Source: Tubulanus polymorphus
Taxonomy: Eukaryota > Animalia > Nemertea
Direction: 5' to 3'
Length of the DNA: 64,000 nucleotides
Assembly: GCF_964204645.1 (NCBI RefSeq)
Contig: NC_134025.1
Location: forward strand, 5,642,001 to 5,706,000
How positions within the stretch are numbered: position 1 is the stretch's first letter; each line of letters starts with the position of its first letter. Made by a program: the position numbers and the translations under genes. The notes beneath the pieces are model-generated. The model made no database searches, was not told the DNA's origin, and was given only the letters and a program-made list of their open reading frames with translations. Positions 1-20,107 of this stretch are shown piece by piece.

Positions 1-8555
<8,555 letters not shown>

Positions 8556-8869
8556 CGGAATATTCTTAAATCATAAGCCAAACTCAAGCATCATCTCTAT
8601 CCTTACTTGGATGAAAAACGAAAAGGTTAGAACTACAAGAAATACAAATTCTAATCAACCTTTCTCTTTGCTGGGTACAAGTTTTTCTGACTATTGCCAG
8701 GAGGCACTGTTGTATGTCATTAGACTGTTGTAGTCAAAGTGCAGCATCAGTCAGCGAGGCCGGGGCATGATGGTTGTGTTCTGATATTGGATTACTAAAA
8801 AATCAAGTCAAGCATGTCAAGCGGTACTATTTCATTGGACAGTTGGATAGCAACAATAATGGGCCCTGT

Positions 8870-9052
8870 GTCGTGAAAAGCCCTGTGATATATCCGACCA
8901 TGTCTGAGTGTAGCCACCCATCACCCATACTGTACTGCTGGTATCTATGACCATCATCTATGGATTGGACATTGGCTGTTGGGCGCAGACATGGTTTTAT
9001 TGGTTGTATTGTGGTCCGCTGTGTGTGGACTGTGCACAGGGGCTCATCACGA
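8870..9052. repeat. Degenerate nested inverted repeat (possible MITE relic)
   Basis: tcgtgaaaagccctgtg pairs imperfectly with cacaggggctcatcacga; inner accatgtctg pairs with cagacatggt. Confidence 0.4.
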
Positions 9053-9122
9053 TAGCTGGGGGTAAAAATCAAAGATTTGACCCAGTATCCTAGGTACCAC
9101 CTATAAAAAAAGGTCTTTTTTT

Positions 9123-9226
9123 TGGCGGTAAGCTTTTTATAATCGGAATCGGATGGGCTTATACCAACGTGGAAATATCCGATCGTGAAACTAAACCACA
9201 GACAGGTTACTTTAACTTACTGACTA
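9123..9226 (-). repeat. Dispersed 80-100 bp element, copy A (upstream of POLQ)
   Basis: Reverse complement matches 23180-23260 (gtaacctgtctgtggtttagtttcac.atcggatattt...aagcccatccgatt...ataaaaagcttac) with small indels. Confidence 0.85.
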
Positions 9227-9306
9227 CTACTTGTCACCCGTGTGTGGATGATTCACGATTGCCTTATTCACATTCAGCCTTATATATACAAAACCGCATA
9301 TAAATC

Positions 9307-9924
9307 ACCCCAGTGAAGTTCATTACTTGTTCCTTATTCCTTATTCCATTACTTATTCGGAATTCATCGCCCAATAAGGAACAAGTAGGCCTAACTTGTT
9401 CCTTGTTCCTTATTGGGCGATGAATTCTCAATAAGTAACGAAAATTGAACCGGTAAAGACGAAAATCTGAATAAGGAACAAGGAACAAGTTACTTGTTCC
9501 TTATTGGGCGATGAATTCTCAATAAGTAACGAAAATTGAACCGGTAAAGACGAAAATCTGAATAAGGAACAAGGAACAAGTTACTTGTTCCTTATTGGGA
9601 GATGAATTCTCAATAAGTTACGAAAATTGAACCGGTAAAGACGAAAAAAATCTGAATAAGGAACAAGGAACAAGTAACATGTTATTGTTACTTGTTCCTT
9701 ATTGGGAGATGAATTCTCAATAAATAACAAGAAAATCTGAATAAGTAACAAGGAACAAGTAACATATTACCTGTTCCTTATTGGGAAATGAATTCTCAAT
9801 AAGTAACAAGAAAATCTGAATAAGGAACAAGTAACATGTTACTTGATCCTTATTGGGAGATGAATTCTCAATAAAATGGAATTGGAATAAGGAATAAGGA
9901 ACAAGTAATGAACTTAACTGGGGT
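9307..9924. mobile_element. Non-autonomous foldback/MULE-like DNA transposon with internal tandem repeats
   Basis: About 40-bp TIRs (accccagtgaagttcattacttgttccttattccttattcca... / ...tggaataaggaataaggaacaagtaatgaacttaactggggt). Perfect 9-bp TSD ATATAAATC at 9298-9306 and 9925-9933. Interior is about six 70-110 bp units containing ttgttccttattggg.gatgaattctcaataa. Confidence 0.88.
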
Positions 9925-10583
9925 ATATAAATCATACATTTTCTCAAAGAGCTAGGTGATGGAGACTTATGTTGTATTAATAAATGACCGATTGATACTT
10001 TCAAGGGAAACTAACAAGATAATCAAGATAATTTACAACTGCAAAAGTTCTAATTTCCCGCAAGTGGCACCTCGACGGCGGCCATTTTGGTGGCAGCACT
10101 GTACGGTCACCACCAACTGCGAACTAGCGCGCTCACGATTTATTTTCTAATGAACGTAATGCAAAACCACTTAATAATTATCAAAACTCCAATATTTACA
10201 AAACAGGGCAGAGCAATTTCAAATATACTGATGTAAATATTTCTACCATCACGGGTCCATTGTATTTTTATTGCATTCAGGTTCACCTCAGCCAGAATTC
10301 CACCAGTTGACCCCAATAAAATGCTGAAACCTGGTGTATGCTGCATAAATACGAACCACATATTTTTCATCAACGCTATCTAGTACTAAGAAAAAAACAG
10401 ATTTCTTTACATTACATACATTTTATTTTCATATACTGTATATATAATATACATACATGTACATATCATGTTACACAGGTAAACAGAGATTGACACATAA
10501 ACACATTATAAAAGTCAGAAAATTACAAAATTTACAATATTGTCCAAACCTAATGAGAATATTCGCGAGAACCTAAATTAATT

Positions 10584-13500
10584 TCATTTTTTGAAAGATG
10601 ATAAGGTTGTGAATTGTATACGACGCTTCTGTTTCATCAGGTCCTCCTGAGTCAGCGTCGATTGACTAGATTCATCTCCGGAAAGTTCAAGAACAAGGTG
10701 TAAATCTTTCTCTTCCTCATTATGAACCGTTGCACCTCCAAAATCAGTTGTAGAATGTTCCTGCTTCGGGGTTTCGCTCTTGACAATTGAAGGAGGTGCT
10801 AAATTCGGTTTAGCACTAGGGGACTGAAAGATGAAATAACAGTTTCAATTTTCTAGAAGATAAATTTTTTAGCAATGATAAGTTGTTTTCCAAGAAAATG
10901 GATTGAATTTTTACCTTTGACGATAAAGTAATTAACGAGACGCGTCGTTTACCACTTGAAGCATCTGAGACAGTACTAGACCTACATGTAGTTGGTTTCC
11001 TTGAAAAAATATGAAATCACAATCATACATTTGTTAAACAAATCAATGGTCAATTTCTTAATTCCAAACTAATGCTCACTGTACTATTTGAACATCTGGA
11101 CTATCTGATGTTTGAGCACCGGGGATTTTAGTGTTTTCCTTTTGTTGTTCGACAGGTTCGAGCAATTTTACGCTTTCAGTTGCTCCTTCCATCTAGAATT
11201 CAAAGGAGCTCATGAATAAACATCGAATCAGATATAAATTCTTTTTCACAATTAGTTAAGTACTTAGTTAAGATTTTTCTGAAAATTTGTTCACCTTTTT
11301 CAGATCATTTTCCTTTGTTTTCATCTTCTCTTCAGATTCTGACTGCGGTTTGTACGGTTTTCCTAATTCTCCCTCTTGAAACGATATGAAAGAACAATAG
11401 CCATCTGTCGAAGATATGGCTAATATTCTACCATCCGATGACCTAAAATTTAGATAATACCGACCAAGAAAACATAAAATCTGCCTTCCGACTAAATGCT
11501 AGCAGAATTTTAAACAAATGGAGATGCTCATACCAAGCCAAGTCACTGAGTTGATGGTAGTGAATATTTGTAACCCGAAGAAATGGAACCGCTTGCTGTG
11601 TGTCATACAGTAAAACTGCATCTTCAGTTGCAACGGCAAATATTATTCGGTATGGAAGACTGAAATAACGAAATCATTATATTAGCTCTTTAATAGATTA
11701 AGTTACGATAAATTTGCATGAAAGTTTAAACAGTAAGTATCTACCAAAATAACGATTGATATTTTTCCCACTCTTTTCGATTATTGTTTTCCACATCTTC
11801 GGCTTTTTCTGGATAAAAAAAAGATATTTTACACTTTAAATTGATAATTGGAAAAGTAATTCTTTTTTCTAAATTTTACAAAAAAGGATCAATGCATAGA
11901 AAATGTTTTAATGAACATGTTAGAGCACATTCTACAAAATGTAGGTCTGTTTATTGACAGTTTGAATTGTACACTAACCATCCTTTTGTCTGGGAATCTT
12001 CCGTAATTCAAATAGTACAGGCGAACATCTTACAATCAATGAAGCTTTACCATCGACAGGCAGATGTAGAGCTGGTCTGTTTAAAAACAACAGAAATCGA
12101 TGCCAAAACCAATTCAAAGGGTGATGTCAAAAGATAATGTCAAAATACCATCATCCAAAAAACCCTAAGAACTCACCGAGAAAATGATCCTCTTGTGAAT
12201 ATATATGAAGTGTTCAAAACTGAATCACCACTTTCGATACAACCGGCCGGGGTAATCAATAACTCTCCATCAGGCGAAAAACACAACCGACGGAAAAATG
12301 ATTTCATCGAATCGTCGTGAAACATTCTCGACAATTTCGATTTTCCTTTGTCGGCCGACGTGACGAGTTTCGTCACTTTTTGAATGCATTGTTTCGTATT
12401 GACATTGTATATTCTGCAACACCTGGAATATCATTGAAACCTAACTTAAGTTCATACATTTTATAGTAAAACTACTACTTACGACAATCATTTATCATCT
12501 ATGGATTAAAATTGTCTTACTTTCGGTGATTAATATTTACCTATCACAACTCAAAGTAGCTACGTATTGATTCAAAGGATCCCACGCAACTCCCTGTACA
12601 AAACTCTTGTGTTCTTTCAGTATACTTATGCTTTTGCCTGAATTGAAGATAATGAATTCATGAAGGACTGGGTAATAAAATTAGACCGATAACCGACTGT
12701 TAGCCAGCGGCGAGTAACTCACCTTTTTTCACATCCCACATTATAGCGCTATTATCTACCGAACCAGAAATTAGGAAATTACTGTCTGCCGACCAGCACA
12801 AATCATAGATATCCTCAATATGACCCCTGAAACGTTTAAACAAGACATCTCATCCCGAAATCAATTTTGCTGCAAATCGGAACATATTTCATTGGCAGAT
12901 TTTAACATCGTAAATTCTCTAAATTTTCTATCCATTGAGTTAAACCAGGGCTAAAGTAATGATACACCATCAAGTTATATATGGAACATTATTAACCTGA
13001 GGGTTTTGATAACACTCCAATTTTCCAAGTTCTCATCATCTTCGTCTTGAAATATACTCGGAGCGGCTGCACTGTTGTCATTCTGTTGCCACAACAGTAT
13101 CACAGAATCTACAAAGAACGACACAATGTATCAGAAGAGCGTTTTGAAAATATTGAGGGCGGCCTATTCTCAACTCACAAGATACCAAGTCTTGAAAGTA
13201 TCTATTTTAATGAGACCCAACAGGTTGTTCACTTATTTTTTCAAAACAAAACAAGAAATTCAACTTACCATCTCCACCAGATGCCAATATCTCACCTGAA
13301 ATAAATTTTAAGAAAAAAACAATTAATACAATGCATCTATTAACTAAGAGTTTCGAGGAAAAATCCAATCAATCAGGCATATTTTACCATTTGGTGAAAA
13401 TCTAACAGCATTCACTGCCCGTGTATGTCGTGTTAGAGTTGCCAGAAACTGAGTACAAGCTTGTCCTTCATCATCAATTATAACTCGCCAGATACGGATA

Positions 13501-13619
13501 TTCTTGTCGGTACCCGATGTCACCAATCTTGTGATTTCTCCGTTTTTATCGTGCTGAAAATCGATACTGTAGATCGGGTCTCTGTTATGCCATGAGATTT
13601 CTGGTGTTACCAACTTCAT
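10584..13619 (-). CDS. CHAF1B: Chromatin assembly factor 1 subunit B (p60), WD40 protein, multi-exon
   Basis: [84 protein letters not shown], plus C-terminal B-domain-like motifs KRRVSLITL and [12 protein letters not shown] at 10584-10586. Confidence 0.96.
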
Positions 13620-14292
13620 TTTTCTGCAAAAAATATTATGTTCATTTCAATCTCATATTCATAATCAGCACTCGGCCACAAAAAAGTAGGCCAGCAGCAA
13701 CATTTTTGCTACTTGAGATAGACTTCACAAATAATACAACCCCGATGACGAAACAAAAGTAACTTCGGAATTTGGACGTTGATAAGTACGCTAGGCAATA
13801 AAAATGTTTTTAGTTTCTGGGCGAAGAGTCTGGATCTGGATGATGAATGAAAAAAATGAAGAAGAAATGGACTCGTCGTCGGCCGGCCCGCCGGGCACTT
13901 ATTCAATAGAAAAACGTGTCCCCAAATTGCTTAAATTATAGACCGTTAAACTAATGTTGGTGTCTTTGGTATCTTTATCGTTTTGTGTTTTGATTAATTA
14001 CTGCTTTTATGAAGTTATCAAGGTAATTATTGGCAAAATCCTTTTGAATATTGAGCCTTAGTTCTTGGAAGTTAATACTAAATCGAGGAATTGATATCGG
14101 ACTCACCAGCGACGGATATGAACAAGGACGTATGCCCGAAAGTCGCTACTCGCTTTCCTGAGTACAATTTGAGGATTATTCCCGGCCGCGATATCCTTTG
14201 ATGATAAGAATCGATAGAATTTCCACTGGAGCCTGGGGCAACGATCCGAATCATAGATGCATAATTGTGTATGTTGCTAAACACTATGGGTG

Positions 14293-16098
14293 ATGGTGGA
14301 TGGGTGCCCGAACAATTCCCAGCGAGAGGAGATTGTGCCCCGGCGCCGCCTGCATCCCGGCGTGAGTGAAGTCTGTGGGGCTGAAATCCATTACAACCTT
14401 GATACTTCTCTAAACCCATGAATATCACTACAACTTCGAAGCCCTTCATTCCATTTTTCAAGCGAAAAAACTACTTTTCAAAAGCATTGAGGTTCAAACA
14501 ATTCAGAATTGGGACAGCGCATTGAAACTAAGCAGTAGTATATAATATATAAGCAGGCAGTCACGATTTTCAATATCGCTTGCTTTTCGAAAATGTTAGT
14601 AAACTCCCCATAAAAGCAGAATTTGAGAATTGGAAAATGGATATGAACCAAAAGGTAAGCGCACACAACGCGTAAATGCCTGGAGAATACTCTGTGATGA
14701 TAGGTTTCTATACTTTAGATATTTTGGGTGATTTGTTTCTTTTTAAGTTCATCGATGCAAAAAATGCTGGCAAAAAAGACAAAGATGAAAGTGGAACTTT
14801 AAATCCAGCGTTTAACGAGCACGATTCTTCGTTCTCTAACGACGATGTAGGAGTGGAGTCCGTTAATATGGGAACTCCCGAAGAGGAAATAGTTGTGTCA
14901 GAAACTGTCAATCCGGTGTTCGATGATAACATCAGTCTATCGAGCCAACATAGAATCCAAAACCACTCGAATATAGAAGAAAGCAGCGTAAGTTTTTGAC
15001 TTACGCATAAAGCACATCATTTGATTTTGCTGCATGTTATGTATGTATGTTGTATGAATATGCGGTAGATTTTTGCCAAAACCGGTTTCTCATTCATGAG
15101 GTATAAATATTCAATAAATCAAACACTTCCCCGAGACAATTACGTCATTAGGCGTTGATGTACTTGATATTACAGAGAAATTAGCTTTTCACATCAAAAA
15201 TTCACAGTTCAGATTCACACGGTTCTAACGTGTACCAATGGCAACGATTAGTCACGCGTATATGTATTAATATCGGATTACTTTGTGTTAAGATCGATGA
15301 AATGAAAAATACCGTGAAGTTTTCTATTTCTTTTAGCATTCAAGTTCATTAACGTGCAAAACAACATCAACAATAATTGATATCGATGAACCATTGACAA
15401 GGCAAAGAAATCGGAAGAAGCACCGTCGTCGACCTTCATCTTTATCGAAACGTTCCAAAAGAACACCGTCGCCATCTCCATCGTCTTCAGTATCAGTATC
15501 AATCAAAGCTAAAGTAATTGACGATAGTGACGACGATGTTGCCGATAAGAAGAGTATAAAATTAACCGTCGAAGCAAACGGTGTTGATATCGATCCGGCC
15601 GATATCAAAGTCGATCTCGACGATGTCAAAGACGTTCTCGAAAAACAAACGGCGAAGAATTCCGAAGATATGGCTCGCGCGAACACGATCGTAGCCAAAA
15701 AAGCGGTTACTAGTGGGCTATTGGATTTGGCTCTTCTCTCGGCAAACATCTTTCAATTTCGCATAGTTCTCGCGTTAGGGCCGAGTAAGGTGACGTACTA
15801 CGAGTTTGCCCTATGGTTGATCGTGTCATCGGCATCGCTGCAAATCTTCACGGCCATATTCTTGATGGTTTCCGGCAAAAAGGACACCGAAAGGAAATCC
15901 GGTAAGAAACACGCGCACCTAAATCGGTGTTTGGATTTCCTCAATAGTCTCACAACTCTCACAGTGTTTGCTGTTACGGTGTTAAATGTGATAATAACTG
16001 CGTTCGCGTTCGGTCTCGACTACATGGTCAACTGCGAATTACCCGAAAAACAAACCGATTCAATCAATCAATCGAAAAATGTCAATTCTACCGCATAG
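14293..16098 (+). CDS. Ninjurin family membrane protein with long N-terminal extension (3 coding exons: ~14293-14361, 14748-14987, 15338-16098)
   Basis: KKAVTSGLLDLALLSANIFQFRIVLALGP...TM1...LDFLNSLTTLTVFAVTVLNVIITAF matches the ninjurin pattern (KKS.AESMLDIALLMANASQLK / LNNLATGLVFIIVVVNIFITAF). Upstream exons join in phase 0 through GT-AG sites. Confidence 0.88.
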
Positions 16099-16416
16099 TA
16101 AGAAACTATGCGGTCAAATGCGGTTCATAGAAATGTACGATATTAGATTTAAAATCCTAATATCGATTGAAGGTTTTGAATCAACGAAAAGAAATCCATC
16201 CATTTTAATATGAATTTAATGATATAACATAAATTTTATTTTCCAAAAACAAAAAGTATTTTTATTTGTTTAATGAAATGTTTATATATGATTTGTCGAA
16301 ATTCATACCGTATCTCATGTTTAATTGGCACATTTCTTCGATCCTTCTACACTCTGGGGAAAAAGGATGCATGTTATCATTATGGGATCACAACAGAATT
16401 GAATACACAAAATACA

Positions 16417-18296
16417 TCATTGAATTCTTTTGCAGCAGCTGAAAATTACATCATAAACGCTAATATTTTTTGATTTACGTGTGGATTAATTTTTAAAGTT
16501 TTCACCGACAACTTACATATATATAGACCACAGTTTACTTACCCCGGAGTGACCAGACATGCAATGACAGTTGTACCATGTGGACATACTTGTATCAAAC
16601 TGCAACCAACTTTCTTGGCGGCCGTAACCTGGTATTCAAAACAGCGACAATTACGAACTCGTAGTCAAGTGGATATTTTTACAATGACAGATGGAAATAT
16701 ATTGTAGAATTAGTTTGTATTCAATTGAATTATTGAAAACAATATATTCATAGTGATATTGATAGGTTCTTTGCATTAAGCATTTGACGATATTTTCATT
16801 GAATACCTGTTTCCTGCCTTCGTCAGTATAAAGCCAGCTGACTGTGATCGCGCGAACGTCATCATCTGTGACACCAGATTTTTTGGCATAACCGAACAGC
16901 AGACCGACTCTGTAACCGTATTCTGCGGCGGTATCGCGAGCTTTCTGGTAATTCCACGAGTTTCTCCCGATCATTGCGCACTGTGTAACATTTCCCGATA
17001 GATTCTCTAAGAAGTGTGAGCGATCCCATACCTACGAAGATACGCGATCAGCAAATAGTATAAGTATGTAGCTTTGCCTAACGATAAAAGCTCATATGGT
17101 AAATTCAAAATTTCATAACTATGTCTATATGAAAAATAATACGCTTTCATATTTTGATTATTGAAAGAACTTACTATTTTAGGATTTAGTCGTCTAAAAT
17201 TATTTTCTGTTATTCTATATTCGTCTGATGTGAAAGCGACAACGTTTGCTTTACCTCCTATTGCGAAAAAACATTACATATCGGTCAATATCTATGTTAC
17301 GTACAGTTTAAGTTTCTTTTACTCATTAAAATTCCGAGTTCCTGGCTGGAGCATGAAAAATTCCCAATATTAAAATCATTTTTACCTCCCGTCTTCCAGT
17401 CGTCTCCGGGGTTGTATCGTCTGTAGAAATGTAGAAAAGAAAATGATGAATTAAGAGGATCAACTTGTTACCAGAGGATTCAGTTAAGAAGAATCGAAAC
17501 ACTCAAAAACCGTTTCAAATATTAATTTACCCTTTCGGAGTGAAAAGACATCCCACTACAGTTCGACCTCTGCATAATGGTTGTACGCTACATCCGAACG
17601 ATTTAGCCTCTCGTATCTAAAACAACATGCGGTATTCATAGTCAATATCATTTGGACAGGATATATCAATATCATTTTGAGGATGCAGATCAAGTTTTGG
17701 GGAATATGTCTCATATGAAGTTAATTTACCTGACTTCTGAAAGGTTCTTTGTAAATCCATTGACTTATGATAGTTTTGATATCCTTGGCGGCAGCTCGAG
17801 AACTTCCACCAGACGACTGCGTATCAGCAGCAAGGCCACCGACGCCCTCTTCTCCGTACAATTTCGACAACAAGCGATTATTTCCAACATCGAAGGCGTT
17901 GTTAAGTCCTACTTTGGAGCAAAGGGTGTATGTACCAGATATGTCAACTAAATAATTTTTTTCGTCCCATCGCTGAAAAATATTGGATGAGCCAATTATG
18001 ATTCGAGAGCACAAGCAGGAGACAGTTTATAAACTATGATCATGATTCCGTATCTCAAAAGGTAATCAACCAATAAAGACTTACAATATCAGAGTTAATT
18101 TTTCTAAACTCGTCCTCGACAAAATATGGCAGTCCAGATGGAAATGCCATACCAGCAAATATGACATCACATACGGCTCCAAATAAACAAACCGCTAAAA
18201 AGACCTGGAAAGGTCGATACACAAATTTCGAGATCGTAAAAATCGAGTATATATTTGTGGTAAGTTTTATTCAATGATATACCCACATACCTTCAT
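16417..18296 (-). CDS. Secreted ~300-aa protein with two tandem divergent CAP/SCP-like domains (9 coding exons)
   Basis: Manual splicing with canonical GT-AG sites gives signal peptide MKVFLAVCLFGAVCDVIFAG. Repeat 1: FRKINSDIRWD...C...IISQWIYKEPFRSQIREAKSFGCSVQPLCRGRTVVGCLFTP. Repeat 2: FRRLNPKIVWD...C...ITVSWLYTDEGRKQVTAAKKVGCSLIQVCPHGTTVIACLVTP. Ends GCCKRIQ*. Confidence 0.8.
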
Positions 18297-18671
18297 TTTG
18301 TAACGTCTTTGTATCCGTTGTATTTGACCGCGTCACTTTTTGCAATATTCTGTGGTTTCTGGCTCTGGCCGGTCCTAGTTTATCGGGTGTTTCTGGTTTA
18401 TGTAAAATTGGTCCATTTCCGATGACAAATATCTCGATTATTTGTAAATAAGGGTAATCAACCCAATTATGTAATTATCCCACATAATTCCAAAAGTTCA
18501 AACAACAAACACTGATGTATGACTAATGTTTGGTTGATGTAATGTATCGAGTCCAGTCGTTAAAAGTCCAGGTATTCCAGTCTTTTGGACAAGGTCGTCA
18601 GTGGATTCAGTTTGCAAAGGGGTCAACGTATCTGCAAGTCTCAAAATTATTTCGAAGTATACTTTCAAGTA

Positions 18672-19081
18672 GGGAGCGTTCAAATAGTACATTGGAGGGG
18701 GGGGGGGTAAAAAAATAATGTACTAACTTTGTACGGGAGAGAGGGTTGTTAAAGAAAAATTTACGTACTTTTCTGAGGGGCCTCATAAAAATGTACGTAG
18801 GATGAGAGATATCCAAAATTACGCCAAACCCTGTCCAATACAATTATCAAATTACAGTAATAAATAATCCTAATTATCATCCCACTCTAAATATCCTACT
18901 TATATAATTTACATGATTTTACAAAACAAGTTAGTACCAAGATCGTACAAGGACCCCAGATCTCCCTTTGATGGCTTCGCGCCATATTGGGGTGCCCTTC
19001 GCTATTACTTTTGTGCCCATCAGTACCCTGGCCCCCTACCTTCCAAAAAGCCTGGCCCCGCCCTTGTGTTTGAACGCTCCA
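18672..19081. mobile_element. MITE-like element with 12-bp TIRs, apparently carrying a nested fragment of another element
   Basis: ggagcgttcaaa (18673-18684) and tttgaacgctcc (19069-19080) are a perfect inverted pair. There is a G-run after the left TIR and a GC-rich terminus-like cctggccccgcccttg just inside the right TIR. Confidence 0.6.
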
Positions 19082-20107
19082 AAGTCGCAGATTACAATAG
19101 GGATTTCTCAAACAGTATGACTAGGGATTTCAAGGGTTTATTGTAGTTTTTGATGCACACATCCAAAGATGGAACATCGTTTCGACTTTTGATGATACGG
19201 GTGATCCTCCTTTATACTGCATCTGCAGTAAAATTCATTCATTCTGACAGATGACAGCCCACATAATTGCTGTAATAATTAATGCCAAAACCATCAATTC
19301 CGAAAACCCGCACTGAGATCCCGTCATTAGTATAAAATAAAAGCGTCACTGGAGCAATAAAACGGTTACGATGAGCGAGCGACCTGTCCTTAACTGCGTA
19401 AATCGTGAAGTTAAGCACGATTCTACACAGCCTCAGCGACTAATAACCAGATCATGACACGAAAACATCCGACTCCTACTAAATTTGGAAATATTTATTT
19501 TAACTGCGATTAACATCATATCATCAGCGGACAATCATACTCAGTGAAAACTACAGTATAAACGACTAAACTAAAAATGCATAGTTAAACAGTTGAAAAT
19601 TGGATAAAGCACATTAGTATGAGTTAACACGTGAAGAATAAAAAGTTACAGTTATAATACAGGCAAAAAGTTCTTCTGAAAAAATATCAGCTAAAAAGCT
19701 TACAAAAATAAATGCAGGTCATTATAAAATACATTGAATAAATGCAACCGTAAGGAATGTAAATGATGTATTTATACATCATTTGAGTGGAGTAGATACG
19801 ATAGATTTGAAATAACAGTTTGATCGCATCTCTGTTGTATCACGGCATTCGCTGCCATCAATCTGCCGAGCACCAATCATGTGATTCAATCAAATACATA
19901 ATCATAGAAAATCGAAAATAACTACAGATTGCATGATTCAATTGTTGACAGTCTTTTTACAGATATCTCAATACGACCAGTTCCAGTCATTCGGTAAGAA
20001 GCAGTCAATTTGCACTTTTTGAAAATTTTGTTAAAAAACAGGTATTCATAACATTGAAACGAAATGCTGCAGTTTGAGACAGTTTTGATGTTTCATATCG
20101 GACAATG

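Noticed and set aside
9330-9900. CRISPR-like array of palindromic repeats
   Set aside because: Intervening sequences are near-identical rather than unique spacers, there are no cas genes, the context is eukaryotic, and the array sits inside TIRs with a TSD.
14078-14461. 127-aa minus-strand ORF
   Set aside because: Antisense to the ninjurin first exon and promoter, non-ATG start, and no family resemblance.
15333-15749. 138-aa minus-strand ORF
   Set aside because: Antisense shadow of the ninjurin coding exon.
16380-16419. Selenocysteine read-through at the TGA after CCKRIQ
   Set aside because: No SECIS-like element recognised downstream and no conserved continuation, so treated as a normal stop.
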